From: Elsinoe ampelina
Taxonomy: Eukaryota
Assembly: GCA_010093995.1 (NCBI GenBank)
Contig: ML992539.1
Location: 1-40,173 of the forward strand
Direction: 5' to 3'
DNA length: 40,173 bases
Shown here: piece after piece, positions 11,339 through 21,757 of the stretch
Position numbering within the stretch: position 1 is the stretch's first letter
Layout: each line of letters begins with the position of its first letter
Translations under genes and position numbers: made by a program
Notes under the pieces: generated by a model
The model's input: the letters and a program-made list of their open reading frames with translations, nothing else
Database searches by the model: none
Told to the model about the DNA's origin: nothing

Positions 11339-11976
11339 ATATAGAATAGAAGGTAGAAAAGCGTTCAATGATAGACAGATGACCTTGTTCGGCTCCCGTC
11401 GCCTTGGGTGCCATAAACGAAGTCGAACCCAGTGAGCGGTCGTGAATGGAAGAAAGGATCGTCAGAGTATCTTGTCCCGTCTGTTGCATAGCCTACACTG
11501 CGAAGCCCACGCCGACCCACTGATGAGGCCCTGAAAGCATGTCAGACGTCATATTCCAGATGTCAATAACGAAGGTAGGCAAAGAGGTCAAAGGCTCAAA
11601 GCGATGAGGCCCACTCTTGCCGAAATGTCCGAAAAAGCCGGGGCCCCTCGCGAAGAGTGCGGGGGACTGTCAACATCACCTCCTTTCCTTCTCTCCTCCT
11701 CCACAATCTACACTTCACCTTGTTTTCAATGATCGCCTTCACTTTATCAATTCGCTCGTCTGTCGGACTGCTCCGAACGCCTGAATTGATTTGGATGCAT
11801 CCCTACCTGTCATGTCTATGTAAACTACCACAAATTGCATGAGGGACTAAATCCACAACATGGTACACAGGTGGTAGTACCCTCCCATTCTGCTCATTCT
11901 TCGTCTCCCTCCACCCAATCATGATGATACGTCGCTATAGAACACCCAAAATCCGCGAGACCCTCTCAAGTCACCA

Positions 11977-12504
11977 CTAGAAAAACTCCTCAAACTCCCC
12001 AATCGCCCCATCAAAAGCCGGCCCCAACGGCGCAATCAAAGCCTCAGCAAAAGGCTGCAATCCCACCGGCACCCTCCCCACCACCGCCCTGCCAAACGCA
12101 TCCGACGCCTCCTTCTCCGCCTTCAGATTCACCAACGCCACCACCTGCGTCAACGTTCGCCTAAATACCGGCTTCTTCCTCACCACCGTGTTCAGAGTAC
12201 TCTGCACCGTCGCGACGAGATCCTGCGTCGGCCCTACGAGCGTCAGGGCTTCGGCGTCGGTGAGGTTGGCGGAGGATTTGGCGGTGAGAGTGCCTTTTTT
12301 GATGGAGATGAGGAGGTCGGTGGATTGCTTCAGGATGGTGAGGATGGTGGGGAGGTCGCCGGTGAAGGAGGCGACGGTGGAGTTGAAGGTGGTGGCGGAG
12401 CGGGTGACGGATTTGGTGGCGGAAAGGATGGAAGCGCCGTCGGCGGAGGTCAAAGCAGGTATGAGGGTGAGAAGGGAGAGGAGAGGTAGGGTTGGGAACT
12501 TCAT
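11977..12504 (-). CDS. Secreted HsbA-like (hydrophobic surface-binding / cell-wall galactomannoprotein family) protein, 175 aa
   Basis: Signal peptide MKFPTLPLLSLLTLIPALTSA followed by amphipathic helices with HsbA-like patterns (S.NLTDAEAL.L, VVRKKPVF, ASDAFG.AVVGRVP, FDGAIGEF). Confidence 0.85.
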   Translation of the reverse strand: MKFPTLPLLSLLTLIPALTSADGASILSATKSVTRSATTFNSTVASFTGDLPTILTILKQSTDLLISIKKGTLTAKSSANLTDAEALTLVGPTQDLVATVQSTLNTVVRKKPVFRRTLTQVVALVNLKAEKEASDAFGRAVVGRVPVGLQPFAEALIAPLGPAFDGAIGEFEEFF

Positions 12505-13120
12505 GGTGGGTTGTTGGTGAGTGCTTGTGTGCTGGGATTGAGAGCTGTTTAACTCGTTCGAGTTGATCGTCGACCATTGGTGTTCTTATGTAGACGATGT
12601 AAAGGACATCCAGACCAGGTCTGTCGTCTGTCACATGTCAAGTCCTCGGCTTGGTGGTCTTTCCTCAGTATCAAGTTATGCAGCAACAAGATCACCAGAG
12701 AGGTCCGACGAACCTTACCATCCCAGGAAGCGATCAGGCTTGTCACCTGCGGCGTACCTGACCGACCCAAACCATGCTGTCATCTTCTGCTGTCGTACCT
12801 GCCGGTTTCCCCGCATGTATGCGGGACAAGCTTCGTGGTTTGCTCAATTAAGCTTTCCAGTATTGTCTTCGTGCACCTGGTCAGGCCTCGGCAACAACTG
12901 TAGTCGACGGAGAAAGAAGAGGGGGCGATCAGCGTCTTTTCGGAAATTTGGACAGAGTTGCGCAGCCATGCTATGATCACAGCCACCGAAGACGAGACAC
13001 AATCCGAACTCTTGGACATGTGACAAGGCCATAACACGGCTCGTGCATTACTACCGGAGGAACCTATCCTGTGGTCCCTCTCAACGTCGTAACCCCATAA
13101 TCAGTCGTCCCAGATCCATC

Positions 13121-14475
13121 TCACAGAGGACATGCGACCTGAATAGCAGCGATATCCTGCGCAGCACAATCAAAGAAAGATTCCAATCCACTCTGTATCT
13201 TATGCAAAGCATTCGGCGCTTGACTGCAGCTCGCAAAGCTAACCCTCGCACCACCTTCCTGAGTGCAAGAAAGTCGCCCAGCAGCACCAGAGACCGACGA
13301 GTCACCACGACCCACAGTGCAGAATAGTGAAATGGTCTTGTAGAATTGTTGAGACGAATCCGTCATTTGGACGACGTAATAGGCAAAGTCCGACAAGGTG
13401 GTCCAGCCCCAGATGTTGTCGTCGTAGACTCGACCATTTTGCCGGATGATGTAAGTAGATGCGCTGGTGGCGCTTGTCCCGAAGGTGACGTTACCGTAGC
13501 TGATGTCCCTCGCGTTTGGCTTGTCACCAATCATGTACTGACCGGCCTTGGAACCGCTGGCGACGACGAATTTGTAGGCATTGCAAGGTGTGGATGTTGC
13601 GGTGACGGTGACGGTAACATCTGTGGTCTTGGTGGTTGGAGAGGGCACGATGATGGTGGTAATCGTGGTGATGAAAGTCTTGGAATCGATACTGGTGGAG
13701 ATCGATATCTCGGGTATGATGTTAGTAGCTGTGGCTGTAGCGAAGGAGGTTGGCGTGACCGTCACGACGGACGTAGTGACATCTGTGACTGTAATCGCAG
13801 CGAGAGTGGTAGCGGCAGTCGTAATGCCAACGCAAGAGCAAGCCGAAGAATAGCGTACTGTTCCAGAACAAGCTGATGCATAAGTGGGCACGCTGGAAGC
13901 CGATCCAGTTGCTGGTGCTGTGCAAGAACTGGTTAAGCGTTTCAGCAGGTGATTGATGGGAGATGGAGCTTCTGGTAGTGGCCTTGGAGGTTGGCCGTTC
14001 GCATCACGTTTGATGGGAGCTCTCGTGGTCGTGGTTGTTACAGTGAAGGTATTGGTTCTGATCACCGTTGTGGGCGTAGTCTCGGTGAGGCTGTCAAACC
14101 TAATTGTCACTGTAGAGATCACCGTCGTCCCCACGATAGCTGTTGATGTCGAATCGACAGTGTTTGTCACGGTGATAGTCGTCGGGATTGCTGTGACTGT
14201 GTTGAACACTGTCTCGACAGAGGTCCTGGTATGTTCATTAGACTGCGTTCATCTCAAGCGTGGTCAACTCACACAGGGCAAGGCGTCACCGTCCTGCGGA
14301 AGAATGAAGAGCAATCAACCGACGCTGAAATCGAGCCTGGTTTGGCAGAGCATGCCCTGACGGCCCGCAAGCAGTTATCAGCATTACATACTGCCCTTCT
14401 GAACAGATGTGCTCCAGGAAAAGCCCACGCGGACGTGGTGAAGAAAGACAAGAATAGGACGGAGTGTGCGTGCAT
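13121..14475 (-). CDS. Secreted Thr-rich protein with Cys-motif modules, 2 exons, ~435 aa
   Basis: Exon 1 14475-14273 (signal peptide, CNADNCLRAV, DCSSFFRRTVTP), 47-nt intron GTGAGT..CTAAT..CAG, exon 2 14225-13121 (T/V-rich stalks, VPTYASACSGTVRYSSACSCVG, C-terminal beta-rich Cys domain). Confidence 0.85.
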
Positions 14476-14541
14476 CGTGATGGTAGCTTGAAGTTGGAGA
14501 GTGATGAGTAGGGACTATCTGTCCAGCAAGCGGACACCATG

Positions 14542-14549
14542 TATATATA
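14542..14549 (-). promoter_or_regulatory. TATA box of the Thr-rich secreted protein gene
   Basis: TATATATA about 70 bp upstream of the ATG at 14475. Confidence 0.55.
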
Positions 14550-15745
14550 GGACCCTGCCTGTAAGAAGTACGGCTATGCAATAAGACAAAGAGGCATCAC
14601 TCGCTTGCAGTTGGTAAGAGACTGAATACGATGGTTGGGAAGAGGGCCAATCCTCAGCTGGCACTGGGCAGCCACAAGCCATCTCTGAACAACGGATACC
14701 ACTTTCAATCGGATCCTGGTGTTGATGCAAGCCACGCCGGTATACAATGTGTAAGTCCATGCAAAAGTATGAATGTCTGAAGCGAGGAGGCGAACCAGTG
14801 TTCCATGGTGCTGGAATGTTGCGGCGTCGTTAGTCGGAACCGACGAACAGTAGTTCCATGGGTTCCGATCTGATCTGGATAACAGTAAAGGGGCTTTGAC
14901 ATGGATGTATGGAGTTCGGACGTGCCAGAAACTTGAAATGTGGTGAACGATTCCCCCGCCACGTGATTGGCAGGGGCAAAACAGCCGACCGTGGTGACCA
15001 TGCAGCTTTCAGGGACTGGGGATGCATGGCCGTTGATTTCATTCTGTCACTTCGCGACACGCGCCGACCTCACACTGAGATTTTCATGCTTGTCCTTGAC
15101 CCTGGTCGTGTTTTCGCGAATTCACCGCGTGCTTCTGATGGACATTAGGCGGTCCCTGTGGATGCAGAACAAATGCACTATCCGCATTACCAGAGACACC
15201 GGGAAAAGAGTGGCCATCATTCATAAGCAGCGTATCGCCACGGTATACTACCATACGATTGAGAACCTTCTCCGTGATCCTCGCAGAAGTGCCCGTTCTC
15301 AGAAACGTTGTGATTATGCATGAGCCCTGGAGTTCTGTCGCGAGACCGCTACCAATGAATGAAGCTGAATCGCAAGTGGCAGTCCGTGCTGATGGCTTGC
15401 ACCACAGTGTGATCCACGTGGACCCTTCAGCGGGCCAGTCAGACGCTGTGGGTGGGACATGAGATCGTGCAAGAAGAGTTGTGTTAGCCCTGTATGACCG
15501 TGGGAACGCCCAAGACTGCTCGAGATCAGATAACTTAGTTGGTTACTTTCGAATGCGGTTTGCCAATGCTTGATGTCTCGTGTGCTCATATCGAAACGAT
15601 AGGGGTCGAGTTCTGGTGCCTGATATTTACTAGAGGAGGTCGTCTTTCTCAGCGGTGCATTTCGTTCTCCTTTCGGGTTATGCTACCATGGCGGAGTGGT
15701 GGCAGTTGTCATGGTCGGAAGGCCGAACAGTGTAACGGACAAAGA

Positions 15746-16353
15746 TCATTTGTCTTGTTTGTCGCCCATGAGTCTCCGGGTAAGGACTGCGTGAGAAGCA
15801 TGCAATTGTTTCTTCACAAAAGCTGCCAGTAGGATATTACAAGTCATGTCAATATCTTCGCATAATACAAGACCGCTGTGTCCGTGAATGGACGACTCGC
15901 TGTCACTCCTGCCTGCACTGCCGGAGTCGTTTTTACGAGCAATTTCGCTGCCATCGCAGACAGACCAGCGCTCACGTATCTCCAGTCCAGCAGGCGCGTA
16001 GACATGCGTCTTGACACCTTCTGGCATGTCAAGAAAAGCGCCATTGTATGTGACATTCCTCGTCAAGCCGGGCAGATAGGTAATTTTGTCCGTCATTTCA
16101 TACCAGGTATAATGCGCCTCGTCATCAGGAGCACGTTCCGGTTTTGGGATCTGCTTGAAGTCCATGATGAGTGGATTGAGACGAATGATCTAGCAATGTC
16201 GTCAGTGGTCTAGCTCATTCGACTTACCCTTTGTCGTACCTCTGCATGGTTGTGTAAAAGATCTACCGCAGCAGTCCGGCTCAAAGCGGGTGGCAGCGGT
16301 GTGATCTTCGTGAATTGTGAGCGCTGAGAGAGATACGATGTCACAAACTCCAT
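15746..16353 (-). CDS. DUF7053-like fungal protein, 2 exons, ~185 aa
   Basis: Exon 1 16353-16240 (..FTKITPLPPALSRTAAVDLLHNHAE), 50-nt intron GTACGA..CTGAC..TAG, exon 2 16189-15746 (IIRLNPLI..WYEMTDKITYLPG..FLDMPEGVKTHVYAPAGLEIRERWSV..LCEDIDMTCNILLAAFVKKQLHASHAVL). Confidence 0.8.
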
Positions 16354-16412
16354 CGTGTCGAATCTGATGCTGAACAATGAAATTCTAGTAGGAGCTGTAG
16401 TCTATTGATGAT

Positions 16413-17033
16413 ATGACGTGGCGGGAAGACGTCCAAAAGGTGCGAATGTGGAGCGAATCCGGTCACGTGCTGTTTTCATCACTGCCCAGCGCCACCTTCG
16501 TTTCTTCCAGTTTTGCAACGGACTATGATTTTCGCCCATCAAACAGACTACAGACAATTGCGGACTTCGAGGACCGCTTCGACGGCGCCAAAAGCTCCAC
16601 CCTGATAGCAGCAGCTACCACCTCCCCAGACAGGGGCCAGCAAGACAAAGAGGACTTCATCCGCATGCTCCACACATATAGCCACGCGGGGGTCCTCTAC
16701 GCTTACCACCGCTCGAGCTGCTTCCACACCGGCCACTTCGTAGCATACCACTCCCGCCGCCTGTTCCGCCTTCTCAGAACCGCGGAAGAGCAGCGATCGC
16801 CTTTGATCAATTTCGCGTGGCCAATCTTCATCGCCGGACTCTGCAGCTGGCCCGATCTAGAGCGCATGGATGTTGTGCGGAAGCTATGCCGTCGACGATC
16901 CGAGGAAAACAGATTTGCATGCTACGAGAGCATATCAGCTTTCCATCAAGCGTTGTGGGACAGTGAGCATCGTGATTGGATCCGGCTGGCGAAAGATTGG
17001 CGGGAGCAGGGACAACAGATTACAGCTATATGA
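16413..17033 (+). CDS. C-terminal fragment resembling a fungal-specific transcription-factor domain (Fungal_trans_2-like); probably truncated
   Basis: 206-aa ORF with Y.HAGVLYAY.R, NFAWPIFIAGLC, R..VRKLC, LW.....DW..LA motifs typical of the end of this domain. No Zn2Cys6 cluster, and only 59 bp separate it from the divergent DUF7053 start codon. Confidence 0.6.
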   Translation: MTWREDVQKVRMWSESGHVLFSSLPSATFVSSSFATDYDFRPSNRLQTIADFEDRFDGAKSSTLIAAATTSPDRGQQDKEDFIRMLHTYSHAGVLYAYHRSSCFHTGHFVAYHSRRLFRLLRTAEEQRSPLINFAWPIFIAGLCSWPDLERMDVVRKLCRRRSEENRFACYESISAFHQALWDSEHRDWIRLAKDWREQGQQITAI

Positions 17034-18584
17034 GAAGATATTTCTAGATCATGGATGCCAAACGCAGCATGACAAGACGAAGGCGTGGCATTTACGCTCG
17101 CAGATTTGTGTAGGCCGGAGGAGCAGCTGGTCGCGCTAGTCCTGCCGGCCACGAGGAAGACCCCTCATCACGCTCGCTATCGCAATCTGTATCGCTGCGA
17201 TACTCTGATCCTGTTGCTGACTCCTCGGCCACATCACACCGATAGCTTTCCTGCGCGGCATCCACTTCTGGACTAGATGGGCCAGTTGACCCGCCGTTCA
17301 CCGCTTGCACGCAAAGTGTGACGGGCACCGTCAACTTGACGGTTCCCCCTTGCTAACACAATATCTCACCACATGCTTACCGCGTCGAGCAGTAGAATTG
17401 AGAACATTGTGGATTCTCACAAAACTTGCCTAATTGGGCTTAGTACGGTCTCTGATTCTCGCCAACTCCTCTTCTTGCATTCTCCAAAATGCGACAAAAT
17501 CGAGAAAATGTGGCCAGGAGCTTTGAAGTCGGTACAGCCTAGCTTGTAGTAAGGACGAGTCGTGGTGTATTCAGGTCTGGGGGAGTGCCAGAAGATGAGA
17601 GCTTGAGCTACGCTTCTAGACACGGTACGTCAGTGCTCCACAGAGAGAGTCAGCAGCCGACGGAACAAGTGCCGCCATAGAGATACTGGTATGCCGTGGC
17701 AGTCTTGCCAATGTGACAGCCTACTGTACGAGGTGGCGGCGTGATCGTGGCGCCCGCGGTAATTCTTCTGACCAGGATACTTGCTCAAGCATCGCAACTT
17801 GGTATGGGCTAAGAGAAAGGCATGGCCAGCCAAGATGGTCTGGGCATCCCAAAGATCTGGATTCGTGCAGATTGGACCTCTTGGAGTCTTGGTGGGCAAC
17901 TCGTGATGCTGCGCCCAAAGTCAAATACTTTGCCCGATAATTTGGAGGACAGCAGAGATGGTTTCGACGTTGAAGTGAAACGGAGCCGCACGGAAAGTAG
18001 AGTGACGGCAGGATGCCGCTTGACATTGGGCGCCTTGCAACTTCTGCAGGTCCGGGACGGAAAGAAAGGAGAGCGAAAAGACGTGGTCGAAACCAAGATT
18101 GATCCACGATGATCACCTTCCAACCACAGCCAGGCGATGCTCTGTTGATTCCTGATCTTCCAGAACAAGTGGAGAAGTGAGAGAAAAGGCGGAGCAAACA
18201 ACCCTGCCTGAAAGGGCTCTTCTCGCAGATCCAGACCTGTCAATTTGTCGATTTTCGGAGCAGCTCCTGTTGTCCTTGAGGTCAGCATCGATATGCTGTC
18301 TATTACGCTTTCCGTTGGTGATGTGCAATTCCGTTTCTCGGCCTTGAATCGGAGAAAAGGCAGATGAAGGAGGCAGGAGCAGACAGGGCATTGTGCTTGG
18401 CAGCGAAAAACTCTGGAACCAGCCCAAACACTGTCGACGGGGCAGGAAAAAAGTCTCACCTTCAATCTCTGTGACCTTAAACAACACGAGAGGCCATCCT
18501 TGATGACACCCACATCGGACATTATTCGTACGATTCTCAACAGCCACGCCAAGCGCTGACAGTATCACAAACATTTGACGACAC

Positions 18585-18628
18585 CTCGCTCTCGCTCTCG
18601 CTGACCCGGACTCGCTGACCCGGACTCG
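18585..18628. repeat. Short tandem repeat: (CTCGCT)x3 merging into 14-bp duplication CTCGCTGACCCGGA x2
   Basis: CTCGCT at 18585, 18591 and 18597; 14-mer at 18597-18610 and 18611-18624; partial copy to 18628. Confidence 0.85.
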
Positions 18629-19004
18629 TGGCAACCTTCAAGCCCACTCAAGATTGTCCAAGCGACCCCTTGTTTCCATCAAGGCAGTAAAAGCCATTCA
18701 CATCCCTGCTTCAACACCAGCAAGACCTCTCCGCAACCCTGCAGCTCGTTCTCGGCCACGCCGCCGAGTTTCACACCACGTCCCGCCGCGCCCTTGGCGC
18801 CACTACATATCCTGGCCCTATGTCGACCGGACTATGGCTGAGTACCCCGCCAGACGACGTGCCCAGTAATCGAAGCTTGGTGAGAAGTCCTGCATTCTTC
18901 CGCCAAGGCTCTCATTTGCCTCCAGTTGTGATTGCTTGATGTGTGGTGTATCGTCCCCACCATGTGGTTTGTAGATTGCCTTTGTCTTGTCTCGAGGGCA
19001 CGAG

Positions 19005-19010
19005 TATAAA
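19005..19010 (+). promoter_or_regulatory. TATA box of carbonic anhydrase gene
   Basis: TATAAA about 90 bp upstream of the ATG at 19096, followed by a CT/CA-rich leader. Confidence 0.55.
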
Positions 19011-19095
19011 GACTGTCCTGTATCCTGGTAGGGCTCTCATCCTCGTACCCACAAATTCCCTCCTCCTACACATCTCCCCCATCACATCACCCACC

Positions 19096-19932
19096 ATGCC
19101 ATCCCTCACCACCTTCGCGGCCCTCCTCCCCGCCGCCCTCGCCTGCTCCGACCACCTCAACTTCCAACGCACACCCAAGCTCATCGGCCGACAAGTCTCG
19201 GACAACCGCACCACCCGCATCCCCCAAGACGCCGACTGGGCCTACGAAGCCTCCTTCAACTGGGGACGCATCAACCCAGAATACGAACTCTGCCAGACGG
19301 GCACGCAACAATCCCCCATCGGCTTCTCCCTCAACCAAGGCCTATCCACCAACCACATCCCGGACTTCTCCAACGTCTCAGGCCTCTACACGGGCAACTT
19401 CTACAACTGGGGCTACGGGCCCGCATTCACCCTCCTCCACGACAAAGGCGTGTACGAAACCCTCCCCTCCGTCTCCTTCGACAACGAAACCGACTACCTC
19501 TCGGGCTGGCACGTCCACACCCCCGCCGACCACACCGTCGGCGGCGACAGGAGCAAAGCAGAGCTGCACTACGTCTTCACCGACGGGGGAGGGGACTACC
19601 GCGCCGTGGCGGCCATCCGCCTCGACGCGGGCGGACAGAACAACAGCTTCTTCGACGCCGTGCCCAAGCCGTTTATCGGTTTCAACGAGACGGATCAGCA
19701 GATGGAGGTCGATCTGCCGTTGCGCTTGCCCATCGAGGCCGTGGGCAATTTCACCGAGTTTTGGACGTACAGGGGCAGTTTGACCAGCCCGCCGTGTACG
19801 GAGGGAGTGAGGTTTTTCATGGCAAGGAATATCATGTTTGTGAGTGATGATCAGATGAGGGAGATTCTCAGGGTGGGCGCGTATTCGGCCAGGCAGGAGC
19901 AGGAGGTTTGGAGGCATGGGGTGAATGAGTAG
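19096..19932 (+). CDS. Secreted alpha-class carbonic anhydrase, 278 aa
   Basis: True start is CACC-ATG at 19096 (MPSLTTFAALLPAALAC, signal peptide). Motifs C.TGTQQSPI, Zn ligands WHVH...H and ELHYV, YRGSLTSPPCTEGVRF. Confidence 0.93.
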   Translation: MPSLTTFAALLPAALACSDHLNFQRTPKLIGRQVSDNRTTRIPQDADWAYEASFNWGRINPEYELCQTGTQQSPIGFSLNQGLSTNHIPDFSNVSGLYTGNFYNWGYGPAFTLLHDKGVYETLPSVSFDNETDYLSGWHVHTPADHTVGGDRSKAELHYVFTDGGGDYRAVAAIRLDAGGQNNSFFDAVPKPFIGFNETDQQMEVDLPLRLPIEAVGNFTEFWTYRGSLTSPPCTEGVRFFMARNIMFVSDDQMREILRVGAYSARQEQEVWRHGVNE

Positions 19933-20129
19933 CGGGTCAAAGGGTGGGAGAGGAGAGCGATGTTTATGGTAAGGGAGGGAGATGATGATCAATACGACGA
20001 CAGAATCATGTAGATGCTTTGTATCAGAAGTTTCATTTCTATTGGGAGCTTTCGTGAATAGTACGTGTCTGCTTCCATGCCCTGTCTTCCAAAGCATAAG
20101 TGCCTGTGCCCCCGGGGACTAAGTCTTCC

Positions 20130-21193
20130 TCAGATTTGATGGAAGGTACACCAAGGCGGTTCGTCTTCTGATTCAAGCGTGTCGCCGGCATCTATACGCT
20201 GTGTACATATTCTCGCACAGATCGAAAGTGCCTCCGCCATGATCTTCGCAGCAGGATCTGCCTTGAAGAGGTGCTTCAAACATAGGCAGGTGTGGTATCT
20301 ACCATTCCAATATGCTTGAGAGCTCTCAACAAAATGTCGGATCCAACAGCGTGTACACTTTCCGGCCGCCAGAATCGTCAGTAGCTCTTTCTGTCCGCGC
20401 TCAGAACCTCTTGCCAATACCAGAGGCCGAAGATCATGGAAGAACCTGACTGGGTTAATCCAGATGCCAGATGTGGGAATATTGTCAGCCTCAGACAGTG
20501 AACCAGACTTATGAAGACTAAGATGCCGAACGTAGAAGGAACGGAGAGCGCGAGCATTGGCCAGGTACTGGGCCAATTCAAAGTAACCACCGGTGTACAA
20601 GGTGCCATCCCCGCCGACGGACAGGTGCCGCAGAAGCTGAATATCGTCGCCGATCAATTTACAAAAGAGAATTGCCGATTGCAAGCATTCAGTGTAGAAA
20701 CAAGCCTGCCGGAAGAGAGCATGCTTTGCTTCGCGATGAACCATTTTGTTGACTAGGAATAGAGCTTCGTGTATGGTAGAGGAGAAGACTAGCAGTTGCT
20801 TCTGGCTACAACTCCAGCGCTGAAGGACGAATTCTACGACGACCGGTACAAGAAGGCCAAAAATCCTGCTACGGAGTTCAGTCGGAAGATCCATCAGGCT
20901 TCTACCAGAACGGCTCTTTTTGACGGGTGCCTGGTCAATACATCCCTCGCCAAGAGTATCGAAGATCCTGGAAACCGCAGCTGGAGTGCCCACTACCAGG
21001 TATGACACTGGCGGAGACTCGTCGACGACGGCTGGGGCGATTACGCTGCCTGTATTGCTGCCTCCTTGGGGCGCATTGCTGGTAGTACGTGCATGTTTCC
21101 TGAACGCCTGCGCAGCGTGAGTACTCTGCTCCGAGCGAACAGGATAGAGGTTAGACTCACCCGCCGCAGCGCTGCATAATCAAATTTCTGCAT
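20130..21193 (-). CDS. F-box-like (DUF7730-type) hypothetical protein A, 2 exons, ~336 aa
   Basis: Exon 1 21193-21161 (alternative in-frame ATG at 21238), 53-nt intron GTGAGT..CAG, exon 2 21107-20130. SLMDLPTELRSRIFGLL, ALFLVNKMVHREAKHALF..ACF, IG....LLRHLSV. Confidence 0.7.
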
Positions 21194-21757
21194 GGTAGCT
21201 TGCTGATGCTGGTAGTATTGCCGTGGACCTACTAGCATCAAAGGGTGGAACTGAGATGCGACCGCAAACCGCAAGGGGTGGGCGGAAGAGGTGGAAGAAG
21301 GTGAAAGTGTTCTGTGAGTCGGGATTGGAAATTTTCAAATGAAAGTTAGAATGGAATGCGGAGGGCCATGAAGGTGGCGGGAGGGCCGATCGAGATCTGG
21401 ACACGAGAAGGCATGTGAAGGTGCCAAGGGAAACCCCCAGCAACGAAGGTGACGTGGATCGACCCGAAGAGGTGGAATCGTACCTCTTTGGCGAGCGATC
21501 ACATGCGTCAATACTGCGCTCTCAATCTGGCTCAGGCGGATGGCGAGCCAATGGAGTCGAGAGTGCTGCGACGAGCGTGGGAGGGTGGTACTTCCACATA
21601 TGAAACACTGACTTACTTGATGCTCGATATGCTACACCTTATGACGCTTGCACTCCCCGCTTATGCGCTGTTCATGCACTACCAGGATCCTCGTTTACTC
21701 TCAGTGCCCATACTCATCTTCCTCCCGAACACATTTCTTCCTTGCTCCTGCCCCACG

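Noticed and set aside
11520..11560. CTGATGA-GGCCCT-GAAA resembling a hammerhead ribozyme core or snoRNA box C
   Set aside because: Stem II would be only 1-2 bp, and I found no complementary stem I/III or correctly placed NUH cleavage triplet; no convincing C/D box pair with terminal stem.
18943..19095. 51-codon N-terminal extension of the carbonic anhydrase ORF from a GTG
   Set aside because: It spans the TATA box and leader; the ATG at 19096 has good context and begins a signal peptide.
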